Below are positions 55,154 through 64,000 of a stretch of 64,000 bases of DNA, piece after piece. The stretch is taken from assembly GCA_963749495.1 (NCBI GenBank), contig CAVVMW010000022.1, forward strand, positions 320,001 through 384,000, read 5' to 3'. The notes under the pieces were generated by a model. The model worked only from the letters and a program-made list of their open reading frames with translations. It ran no database searches and was not told the origin of the DNA. This DNA comes from an uncultured bacterium. GTDB taxonomy: Bacteria; Verrucomicrobiota; Verrucomicrobiia; Limisphaerales; UBA8199. Every line of letters starts with the position of its first letter. Positions within the stretch are counted from its first letter, which is position 1. The position numbers and the translations under genes are program-made.

Positions 55154-55801
55154 CTACGCAGTCGAAGCAGAATGTCCTCGTTCGGCATCGGCGTCCAGCC
55201 AGCGAAGGAAGTCGCGAAAGAGGCTGGCCAGGGCCTTGGGGGTGAAATGGGCGTTGAGGCCGCTGGGGTTGGGCAGCACCCAAACCGGGGCGGCTGCGAG
55301 CCTCTCCGGCTGCAGGCCGGCGATGGCCGCAGGGCGCTCGAAGGCAGACCGGTAGGCGCCGATGCCCAGGACTGCCACGACCCGGGGCCGGCAGCGCTTG
55401 ACCTTTTCCTCGAGGACTCGGGCGCCAGCGAGCAATTCCCTCCGGCTGAGATGGTCGGCGGTGGCCGTTGCACGCTCCACGAGGTTGGTAATGCCGTACC
55501 CCAAGGGCAGCAACTGGCGCTCCTGGTCCGGGCGGAGCAAGCGCTCCGTAAAGGCCGAGGCGAAAAGCGCCGGCCAGAAGCGATTGCCGGGCCGCGCAAA
55601 GTGATGGCCTGCCCAGGCCGAATAGAGGCCCGGGTTGATCCCGCAGAAGAGGACTCGCAGACCGGGGCCGATGACATCCGGCACCGTCCGGCCCGCTGCG
55701 GCGAGCAACTCGGACCGCGTTGGCCTCCCGTGGGTTGAACCGCGCCCGCATGGTTTCTCTGGAGCGATCACGACCAGTGGATCAGATTTCCTCGTTTCCA
55801 T
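55154..55801 (-). CDS. mug: G/U mismatch-specific uracil DNA glycosylase
   Basis: LFCGINPG, HHFARPGNRFW, GITN, LPNPSGLNA. Confidence 0.9.
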   Translation of the reverse strand: METRKSDPLVVIAPEKPCGRGSTHGRPTRSELLAAAGRTVPDVIGPGLRVLFCGINPGLYSAWAGHHFARPGNRFWPALFASAFTERLLRPDQERQLLPLGYGITNLVERATATADHLSRRELLAGARVLEEKVKRCRPRVVAVLGIGAYRSAFERPAAIAGLQPERLAAAPVWVLPNPSGLNAHFTPKALASLFRDFLRWLDADAERGHSASTA

Positions 55802-56010
55802 TGCTTGCTCCTTTGTTCTTCTTTGGTCTCCGGGTAATTCTTGCACGCAACGGCCCTTTTTCCCAGGGAATTCTCGCAGAAGAACCCAAACGTGGGAGAG
55901 GGCAAACGAGACCGGTCTTTGGCCTGCGGATTGGTGCCGGATGGATCGAGCGCCCTGAGGCTTGAATGCGGCCTTGACGCGCGGTCACAGAGTTCTTAGA
56001 TTTCAGTCGA

Positions 56011-56208
56011 ATGGCAGTTGCAAAGACCAATGCCAAGCCGGTCGCGCGCCGAATGCGGAGCCAGCGCCAACTCAACGGCGCCGAACTCGCCCTGCTCTTG
56101 CGCAAAGCCGATTCGGCCAAATCGCCCGGGGAGAGGAAACGCCGGCGGCGGGAGTTTATGCGCGGCTTCTACGGCGACTCTCGGGCTGACGCCTATGCCA
56201 AGAGTTAG
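56011..56208 (+). CDS. Small basic hypothetical protein; next gene (from 56195) truncated by element A
   Basis: 65-aa ORF overlapping MPRVRRTNVPP..., whose frame runs into element A at 56324. Confidence 0.45.
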   Translation: MAVAKTNAKPVARRMRSQRQLNGAELALLLRKADSAKSPGERKRRRREFMRGFYGDSRADAYAKS

Positions 56209-56323
56209 GCGGACAAACGTTCCGCCCGCACGGCTGGCCCATTTGATCGACCGACGCGCCAAGTGGGGTGTTTCTTACGACGAGATTGCTGCGCTGGCAG
56301 ACTGGCTGCAATCCAACCCGTTC

Positions 56324-56436
56324 AAAGGGGTCAACCCATAACTTTTCACTTATGGGTCCTCTCACTTTGGTCCTTTGGTCTTCGTTTTGCCTGTAAAATT
56401 CGTTGTCAATGGGAAAAGTTATGGTTTGACCCCTTT
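56324..56436. mobile_element. Element A copy 3
   Basis: Matches copy 1. Confidence 0.9.
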
Positions 56437-56439
56437 CCC

Positions 56440-56575
56440 CCGCGCCAGGCCGCTTACGAAAAGACCGGCCCGACCGCCGCCCCGCCTGCCCCCGCGCCCG
56501 AGCCTCATTGAGACCCCAACACCCTGGCCGTCCACACCCGCCAGCCAGTTCATCGCCCCGGCTCTGCTCTGCGAG
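56440..56575 (+). repeat. Second copy of the GH2 3' tail (36039-36184)
   Basis: cgcgccaggccgcttacgaaaagacc...ctctgctctgcgag shared, with a small deletion. Confidence 0.9.
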
Positions 56576-56651
56576 CGGCAGATTTAGCTTCATCCGCGCA
56601 AGGCGAAGCCGTCCAGCGTCGCTACGCAACGCATACTTCTTCCAACGTCCG

Positions 56652-58859
56652 TGACCGTGGACCGAGGTCCACGGCTACCTTCACCGCGTCGCTCCGCGAC
56701 GGGCGCGCTGCGTTCGGCTCACCGCGTAGCGGTGCCTGAAGGTAGCCGTGGACTTCCAGTCCACGGACCCCTGGAGCAAGATCACCCGCGTCGCGTAGCG
56801 ACGCCTGGAAACCGCAACGCCGTCAAGCGTTGCTACGCGACGCGTGACGCGGCACAGGCTCGAGGCTCGTCCTACTCCGGCAGCGGCTTGCCTTTGGTCT
56901 CGGGTGCAAAGAGCAGGATCACCAACCCCACGAGGTAGATCAGCGCGATGGCGCTGGCGGCCCGGCCGAAGCTCCCCAGCCTGGTCATGAGGAACCCGGT
57001 GAGAAACGGACCGGTCGAGGCCAGCACGCGTCCGGCGTTGAAGCAGAAGCCGGCGCCGGTGGCGCGGATGCTGGTCGGGTAGAGTTCGGGCAGGTAGATC
57101 GGGAAACCGCTGAAGATGCCATTATTGAAGAAGCCGAGCAGCGGAAGGAGCAACAGCACCTGGCCGTACCAGTGCGGAGCCAGAAACGTCAGCGGCAGCA
57201 TCACCAGGCTGCCGGCGCACATCAGCGCGAAGACCGCGCGCCGGCCGAACCGGTCGGCCAGCGGACCAAAACTCAAATAACCGCCCAGGGCGCCGACATT
57301 GAGCAGCATCGCCGCCCAACTCACCCGCAGGGCTAGGTCGGCGGCGTTCAACCCTTTGAGGTCGGCGAGCGAACGGATCAACTCAGGCGTCCAGTTGGTG
57401 GCGCCCCAAAGGCCGAACACGGCCACCAAGGCGAGCCCGGAGCCGACCAAAGTCGCGCGCAGCCGGCCCGGCTTGAAGAGTTCCGGCAGCCTGGATCGTT
57501 GCCTCCCGCCCGCTCCACATTCCAATTCCCGCGCGCGGGCCCGCACCCACCGGTCAGGCTCTTTGACACAACGCCGCACCAGCAGGGCAAGGATGGCCGG
57601 GGCGATGCCGGCCAGGAAGAGCAGCCGCCAACTCTGATGGCGCAGGAGCAGGTTGAGCAGCGCCGCCATCAGAAAGCCCGCCGCCCAGGCGCTTTGCAGC
57701 GCCCCCGCCGCCTTGGCTCGCTTCTGCTCGGGCCAGACCTCCGCGACCAGCGCCGCCCCCGCCGCCCATTCGCCCCCGATCCCCAGCGCGGTCAGGAACC
57801 GGTACAGGGCCAGTTGCCACCAGGTCGCCGAGAGCGCCGCCAGCCCGGTAAACACCGCATAAAGGAGGATCGTCACGATCAGCGTCCGCGTCCGGCCAAA
57901 ACGGTCGGCCACGATGCCGAACAATATGCCCCCGACGGCCCAGCCGATGAGAAAGATGGAGAAGATGATGCCGCCATACTTGAGAATGATCTCAGTGGGC
58001 ACGGCGCCTCCTGCCGGCCCGGCCAGGAGATCCCGCAGCGCCGGGTGCAAGACCAGCGCGTAGATCGTGGCGTCCATCGAGTCGAATACCCAGCCCAACC
58101 AGGCCACCAGCAGAACCAGCCACTGGTAGCGCGTGGCGCCCTGATACCAGGAAACGGAGGCCGGTTGCTCGATTGCAGTCTGCATATTCCGTAAGCTGCT
58201 TGCACGGGCCAGGCCTCCCGCCTGCCCCGGCCCGCTGAATCTGGCCCCGAGCATACCCCGGCGCCCTCCACCTGGAAAGCCCTGCCTTGGCGGACATGCG
58301 CCTCTGGCCCAGTCGGTTGGGCATTTCCTGACACCGCCGCCCGGAGTGCGCCCGTCCCCGGGCGCAGCAGCGACGGAGTGAGCAGGCGCACCGGAGTACT
58401 TGACCGCTGCCCTGGCTGCGGACGCCGCTGCGCCCGGGGACGGGCGCACTCCCATCTCGCTGCGCCCGAGGACGGACGCACTCCCACCTCGTCGCAGCCG
58501 GGGGTGCGGTTGTCGGGATGCGCGCCTCACGCCGGGGGCGATTATGTGCTGAAGCGAGCGGTGCAAAGGCCCAGCAGGCATTTCATGCCGAGGACCTGAT
58601 TGGGTTGCGGCGTCTCGGCCCGTAGATGAAAATGGTTGGACATGAGGCAAAATGCCTCGACCTGCGACCCGGTTTTTTCGCAGGTTTGACCCAGGGCTTC
58701 CGTTGTGTCAATAGTTTCACTGACTCCGATTTAACCCAAGGGCTATTGCGCAAGGTCAATCAAGAAAGCGCTGCCCGGCACCGGTCCCTTGGAAGTCCAT
58801 GCGAAATAGTTGGTGACCCGGACTCACATTGTAAAAAAGTATAGGTGTGACCCCGATTT
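56652..58859. repeat. Copy 2 of the 2.2-kb duplication
   Basis: Aligns with 46830-49038. Confidence 0.9.
56872..58185 (-). CDS. MFS transporter, copy 2
   Basis: Six amino-acid differences from copy 1. Confidence 0.92.
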   Translation of the reverse strand: MQTAIEQPASVSWYQGATRYQWLVLLVAWLGWVFDSMDATIYALVLHPALRDLLAGPAGGAVPTEIILKYGGIIFSIFLIGWAVGGILFGIVADRFGRTRTLIVTILLYAVFTGLAALSATWWQLALYRFLTALGIGGEWAAGAALVAEVWPEQKRAKAAGALQSAWAAGFLMAALLNLLLRHQSWRLLFLAGIAPAILALLVRRCVKEPDRWVRARARELECGAGGRQRSRLPELFKPGRLRATLVGSGLALVAVFGLWGATNWTPELIRSLADLKGLNAADLALRVSWAAMLLNVGALGGYLSFGPLADRFGRRAVFALMCAGSLVMLPLTFLAPHWYGQVLLLLPLLGFFNNGIFSGFPIYLPELYPTSIRATGAGFCFNAGRVLASTGPFLTGFLMTRLGSFGRAASAIALIYLVGLVILLFAPETKGKPLPE

Positions 58860-59330
58860 GCCGATTTCATGCTGAGGACCAGATTGCGTTGCGGCCTCTC
58901 GGCCCGTAGATGAAAATTGTTGGACATTAGGCAAAATGCCTGGACCTGCCAGCCGGTCCTTTCGCCGGTTTGACCCAGGGCTTCCGTTGTGTCAATAGTT
59001 TCACTGACTCCGATTTAACCCAAGGGCTATTGCGCAAGGTCAATCAAGAAAGCGCTGCCCGGCACCGGTCCCTTGGAAGTCCATGCGAAATAGTTGGTGA
59101 CCCGGACTCACATTGTAAAAAAGTATAGATGTGACCCCGATTTGCAGTTCCGCTGACTCCGATTTAACCCAAGGGCTATTGCGCAAGGTCAATCAAGAAA
59201 GCGCTGCCCGGCACCGGTCCCTTGGAAGTCCATGCGAAATAGTTGGTGACCCGGACTCACATTGTAAAAAAGTATAGATGTGACCCCGATTTGTAGATGT
59301 GACCCCGATTTGTAGATGTGACCCCGATTT
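58542..59330. mobile_element. Array of two Y1 transposase fragments, three B elements and extra 19-bp terminal units
   Basis: Y1 fragments 58542-58700 and 58861-58984; B at 58720, 59004 and 59153; gtagatgtgaccccgattt at 59293-59311 and 59312-59330. Confidence 0.8.
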
Positions 59331-61732
59331 GCAGCTCCAAAATCCAGGTTGATGAGCCAGGCGTTGGGGGGCGCGCTGGCGCACTTGCCCGCGGCGCCGG
59401 CAGCGTAGAGCCCGTAAACCTCCTGGGCGGTGAGCGCCCGGTTGTAGATGGAGACCTCATCCATCAGGCCGGCGAAGCGTGTGCCCGCCCCGGCACCGGC
59501 CGGCCGCAGGCCGAAATACACCGGGAAAGTTGTCTGCGGAGCAAACTGGCCCACGTCGGTGTTTGTCGAGAATTGTCCGTTGATATAGAGGGTGCCGATG
59601 CCGGCGTTGTGGTCGTAAGTGGCCGCCACGTGCTGCCAGGCCCCCGCCGAGATTGTTCCGCCGGCGGACTCGACCCCGTGCTCCGTGCCGCCGGTATCGA
59701 TCAGGTCTGCGATGAGCTGCCCCCTGCCCTGGCTGTCGGTCGCGATCCACACATAGGTGCCGCAGGTGTTGCTGCTCCATTCGACCAACGGCTGCCAGGC
59801 CAGAAAGGAGGGCTTGATCCAGGCCTCTACGGTCATGCCGGCGCCCGCCCCGACGTTCAGGCTGCTCGAGGCTGGCACCCGCACGTCGTTTTCCCAGCCG
59901 TCGAAGCTGAAGGCCCGGCCCACCTCGCCGTAGGAGTAGGCGGCTGTTCCCTCCCAGGCGCCGTTGTTTGTGCCCGCCTGGTCGTTGGCGTTGCCCTCAG
60001 CCCGCCACCAGGCAACCAGGCCGGTGGGCGGCGGGGCGCAGGGATAGGTTGCGTTGCCGCTCAGCGTGGCCTGGAGGCCGCAGATCAAGGCGTAGTTGAG
60101 GCTGTTCGTGGCAACGGTGATGGACACGGGCTGGTTGCTGACGACGGGGATGCCGCGGAAGAGCACATATTCATCACCCTCGACCCAGTTGGGCAAGGTG
60201 TTCCAAAGCGACACCGAGGTGCTGAACGGACCGCAATTAGTCAGGCTGTTGCTCAAACAGAAGATGCTGTTGTCAGTTGTCGGCCCGTGGCCGTAAAGAT
60301 AGAAATCGTAGGTGGCCGAGGGCAAGTTGGTCAGGGTGATGAGGATCTCTGGGTTGTCCGGCGGGGCATAGGAGTACGTGTAGGTGTTCATCATTGGGTC
60401 GGAGGCGCCGTTGGCCCAATCGCCAGGGGCGTTCTGGACTGTGACGCTCACCCGCGATAGGGTCCCATTGGCCCAGGACAAGTTATTCAGCGTATAATTG
60501 GTTTGGTACGGCTCGTACCAAGGGTTCCAATAATCATTTGTGCTGTGGCCGACCTGGGCGGGACCGACCTTCGTGCCCTGGACTCCTCCAAAGTCAATGT
60601 TGAGCAGGTTGCCCAGGGAGAAGATGTAGTCGATCATCAGGCCCGGTGCCGGGCGGGTGCCGACCTTGGCCAGGGACATGGGGCGGGTGCCAAGGGGGGA
60701 GAATGCCGAATGCCGAATGCCGAATGCCGAAGTCTCGGCGGGCGAGGGGCGAGGGATGGAGGCGAGCATGGTCTTGAGGTCGGGAGCAGGCTTGAACATC
60801 CCGTGGCCTTTGCCCTTGCCAGCGGGCAGGGCGGTGAGTTGGGCTTTGACCAGCGGATACGGGACGGAATCCAGCACGAAACATCGGCCGCCAAATCCAT
60901 CGGGCGTCGCTTCTCTGGTCCATGTCGTTACAGTCGGGACCGCAGGTCCCTCCTTGGTGCCCAGGAGCAGGGCGTGGCCGGCGCCCAGGATGCGCATCGG
61001 CCCGAAGAGCAGGTCCTCGCCCGCCATGCTCGCTGGGCCGTCCACGCCCAGTTGCTGGTTCATCTGGGTCAAGTCCACCGTCCCCATCGAGTGCCGGGGC
61101 TCGGGCGGGTTGATGAACTCGGTGATGACGCCAAGCATGACATCGCGCTCGTCGGTGGTTGCGGGGAGCACAGAATTGGGCGCCGGGAGTTGGCCTTTGA
61201 TGAGGATGTCCTGCTCGATCAGGGAGTCGGAGTAATTGTAAAGGACATCGAAACCGGTCCCCAGCGCATCGGGGTACAGGACGGTTGTGGGCGGCAGGAT
61301 TTGGCCCGTCGAATCGGAGAGGCTGGCAATCATAGCGCTCTGGCCGGCGTTGGTCCCGGAGATGGCCCAATAGCAGAGGCCCAAGAGGTGGCTGCTGAGG
61401 ACCACGGGCTGTTGCGAAGCGAAGGGCTGGGGCAACTGGACCTGGATGCCGCCAGCGGCGCTGAGAGCGAAGGAGACCTTGTGAGGCGCGAAGTCGGCCA
61501 CCGCGCCGCCCGCGACCGGGCGGATTTCGCGGATGACAGATGGGTCCACCGGCGGTGCCGGCGCTGCCACCACCACGGGGTTGGTCCAGACGCTGGCAGA
61601 GCCTAAGTCATTGGTCGAAGTGCCTGGCGGTCCCGGGCTGCCGTTGGGCGGGGGGCTGTCAGCAGGCACCTGGGCCGGGCTTGAAGCCGTCAGCCCCAAC
61701 AACACAATGCTGCTCAATAGGATTGTTTTCAC
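59331..61732 (-). pseudogene. Secreted LamG-like jellyroll multidomain protein, 3'-truncated by element B
   Basis: Signal peptide; GLVAWWRAEGNAND, TVEAWI, WQHVAATYD, FAGLMDEVSIYNRAL; a second LINLDFG repeat is cut at 59331. Confidence 0.8.
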
Positions 61733-62314
61733 GGGTTACTCCAAACGAATGATGGACGGGTGGACAGGGAGTGACGAGAATGGCGAATGACGAATGTCGA
61801 AGCCCTCACGGGCTCGGGAACTGCTGTCAGTTCGTCCAACATCGAGTCTCGAGCCGTGGCTCCGATTACCAACCAACCAAGGTCTAAAGAGGAAAGCGGG
61901 CGGCGGCGCGGGACCACAACCGGGTTTGCGGGGGGGGGCGGGTTGCCTGGGCCATGGCGGTGGACGGATACTGGACCTTCCGTGTGGGATCGAAGCAGGC
62001 AGATCCCAACGCCAGAGCCAGACCAATCATCTCACACCGATGCAACATACGGCCTCTCGGACGCGCAATACTAGAAAAAGAGGGAATCGAAAGTCAAGAA
62101 GATTTTTCGCAACACACCTTAGTGATTAACAGTAGTGATGTTGATTGGCGTGCCCAATGAAGGCGATTGCGCAATCATCTTCGGCGGTGACAGAACGGTA
62201 CCCCGGGCAAGGCCCGCCGGAGCGTAGCGCGGGCGGGTCGCCGCCCTGGGTGCGCCGCACATTCTCTTTCTTGTTGCAAGCCCATCCCGATTCCGAATCG
62301 GGACTTCATCAAGC

Positions 62315-62612
62315 TCCCGGAGGATGAATCGCGCTTTCAGCGCTCCGGATGATTATTGGCGGCTGTTCCCAGGGCGTTGCCCTGGGCTGGTATGAACGAC
62401 GCCTTTGGCGTCCAGAACACGCGCGGCCGGTTCCATCAGGCAACCGAAGAACTCCGTCGTGCGCCCCCCGCGGCAGGGCGCATCGACAGTACCACCACCG
62501 CAAAGGAACGCCGCCTTGAGGCGGCAGAGGCGTGGGGACGCGAGGGGTATTGGAACTATCGGGGTTGCAGCGAGTTCCGGCGCTGCTGCCGCCTGAAGGC
62601 GGCGTTCCGCCG
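62315..62612. repeat. Two REP-like units (62315-62416; GGAACGCCGCCTT family 62504-62610)
   Basis: The first matches 21771-21872; the second has arms ggaacgccgcctt/aaggcggcgttcc. Confidence 0.65.
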
Positions 62613-62722
62613 CGGCGTCGGGTGGTGGTACTGTCGAGATGCGCCCACCCGGCAGCGCGTCGTCACTCGTCACTCGACACTCGACACTCGTCCCTCGTTG
62701 TGTCCATGCTGTCGAAAACATC

Positions 62723-64000
62723 ATGAAAACGTCACTCGCCACTTTGGCTTTGGTTTCGCTGGCCCTGGCACTTCCTGCTGGGGCGGCTACATTCGGGATC
62801 GAGACGCTGGATCTGTCGCAGGTCGAGCAGGGGTGGGGCAGCCCCCATCGGGATCAATCGGTCGATGGCCACGGGCTGTCCATCGGGGGAAAGCGATACG
62901 CCCACGGGCTGGGCACGCACGCCGTCAGCGAGTTCCGCATCGCGCTGGGCGGCAAGGCGGAGCGGTTCACGGCCAGCGTGGGCGTTGATGACGAGGTCGA
63001 GCAGGCGGGCAGCGTCACCTTCAAGGTCATTGGAGATGGCAAGACGCTTTGGGAGAGCGCCGTGTTGCGCGGAGGCGACGCCGCCAAAGAAGTCTCCGTG
63101 GACCTTACCGGCGTCCGGACGCTCCTCCTGGCGGTCGGCGACGGCGGAGATGACGTGAACTCCGACCATGCGGATTGGGCGGAGGCGAAGCTCGTGATGA
63201 GCGAAGGCAAACCCGAGGCCCTGGTGCCGCCGCGTGAGGCGGCCATTGTCCTGACGCCCAAGGCCCCGGCCATGCCCCGCATCAACGGCGCCCGGGTCTT
63301 CGGCGCCCGCCCCGGCGCCCCGTTCCTCTTTGCCATCGCTGCCACCGGCGACCGCCCGATGACTTTCTCCGCCGAGGGCCTCCCCCCAGGGCTGCAACTG
63401 GATGGCGCCACCGGCTTCATCACCGGCGTGCTCGCCCAGAAGGGCAGCTCGCTCGTGACCCTTCTGGCCAGAAACGCCCTCGGCAGCGCCACGCGTCCGC
63501 TGAAGATCGTCTGCGGTGACACCATCGCGCTCACCCCGCCTCTGGGCTGGAACAGTTGGAACTGCTTCGCCTGCGACGTGACCGATGCGAACGTCCGGGC
63601 CGCCGCCGACTCGATGGTGGCCAGCGGCCTCATCAACCATGGCTGGACCTATATCAACATCGATGACTGCTGGGAGGGCGGGCGCGATGCCGAGGGCAAC
63701 GTCGTTTCCAACTCGAAGTTCCCCAACATGAACGCCCTTACCGAATACGTTCACGGCAAAGGCCTGAAGATCGGCCTCTACTCATCCCCCGGCCCGAAGA
63801 CCTGCGCCGACCACGAGGGCAGCTACAAGCACGAGGAACAGGATGGCCGGCGCTACGCCGACTGGGGATTCGATTATCTGAAGTATGACTGGTGCAGCTA
63901 CGACCGCATTGCCCCGCGCCCCGACCACGCCGCCCTGCTCAAGCCCTACCAGGTCATGCGCGCCGCCCTCGACAAGGCCCCGCGCGACATCGTCTTCAGC
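62723..64000 (+). CDS. NPCBM/NEW2 + Ig + GH27 alpha-galactosidase (runs off window end)
   Basis: Manual translation MKTSLATL...QGWG..GLGTHA..VGVDD..DHADWA; TPPLGWNSWN, NIDDCW, GLKIGLYS, DYLKYDWC. Confidence 0.92.
   Translation, partial: MKTSLATLALVSLALALPAGAATFGIETLDLSQVEQGWGSPHRDQSVDGHGLSIGGKRYAHGLGTHAVSEFRIALGGKAERFTASVGVDDEVEQAGSVTFKVIGDGKTLWESAVLRGGDAAKEVSVDLTGVRTLLLAVGDGGDDVNSDHADWAEAKLVMSEGKPEALVPPREAAIVLTPKAPAMPRINGARVFGARPGAPFLFAIAATGDRPMTFSAEGLPPGLQLDGATGFITGVLAQKGSSLVTLLARNALGSATRPLKIVCGDTIALTPPLGWNSWNCFACDVTDANVRAAADSMVASGLINHGWTYINIDDCWEGGRDAEGNVVSNSKFPNMNALTEYVHGKGLKIGLYSSPGPKTCADHEGSYKHEEQDGRRYADWGFDYLKYDWCSYDRIAPRPDHAALLKPYQVMRAALDKAPRDIVFS

Noticed and set aside
58700..59330. 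Possible CRISPR array
   Set aside because: Units are ~140 bp or spacer-less 19-mers, with no unique equal-length spacers and no cas genes.

Overview
High-GC bacterial window. Gene style and repeat content suggest Verrucomicrobiota (Pedosphaera-like), which is an inference. About 1-36 kb is housekeeping. It includes a complete Alternative Complex III operon (actA-G) followed by a CcoN-like subunit lacking all canonical metal-ligand histidines, a CcoO and a cytochrome c, plus a CCA/poly(A) nucleotidyltransferase, argH, exeA/exeB-like genes and addB-like. Many families of palindromic REP-like and 7-mer repeats are scattered through it. About 36-47 kb is a 10.6-kb defence/IS island (PLD-SNF2 helicase, N6-adenine methyltransferase, TA pair, IS1-like), and its apparent empty-site allele is present at ~56.5 kb. 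About 47-62 kb is a mosaic of RHS fragments, an RHS toxin tip with a candidate immunity gene, truncated housekeeping genes, a duplicated MFS locus and a truncated LamG protein. Most junctions in this mosaic are marked by short non-coding elements ending in GACCCC(GA)TTT, which sit beside decayed HUH/Y1 (RAYT-like) transposase fragments. This is the best candidate for an undescribed DNA-shuffling system. Scattered single-base frameshifts in conserved genes suggest assembly indel errors, so rearrangement claims need read-level validation.
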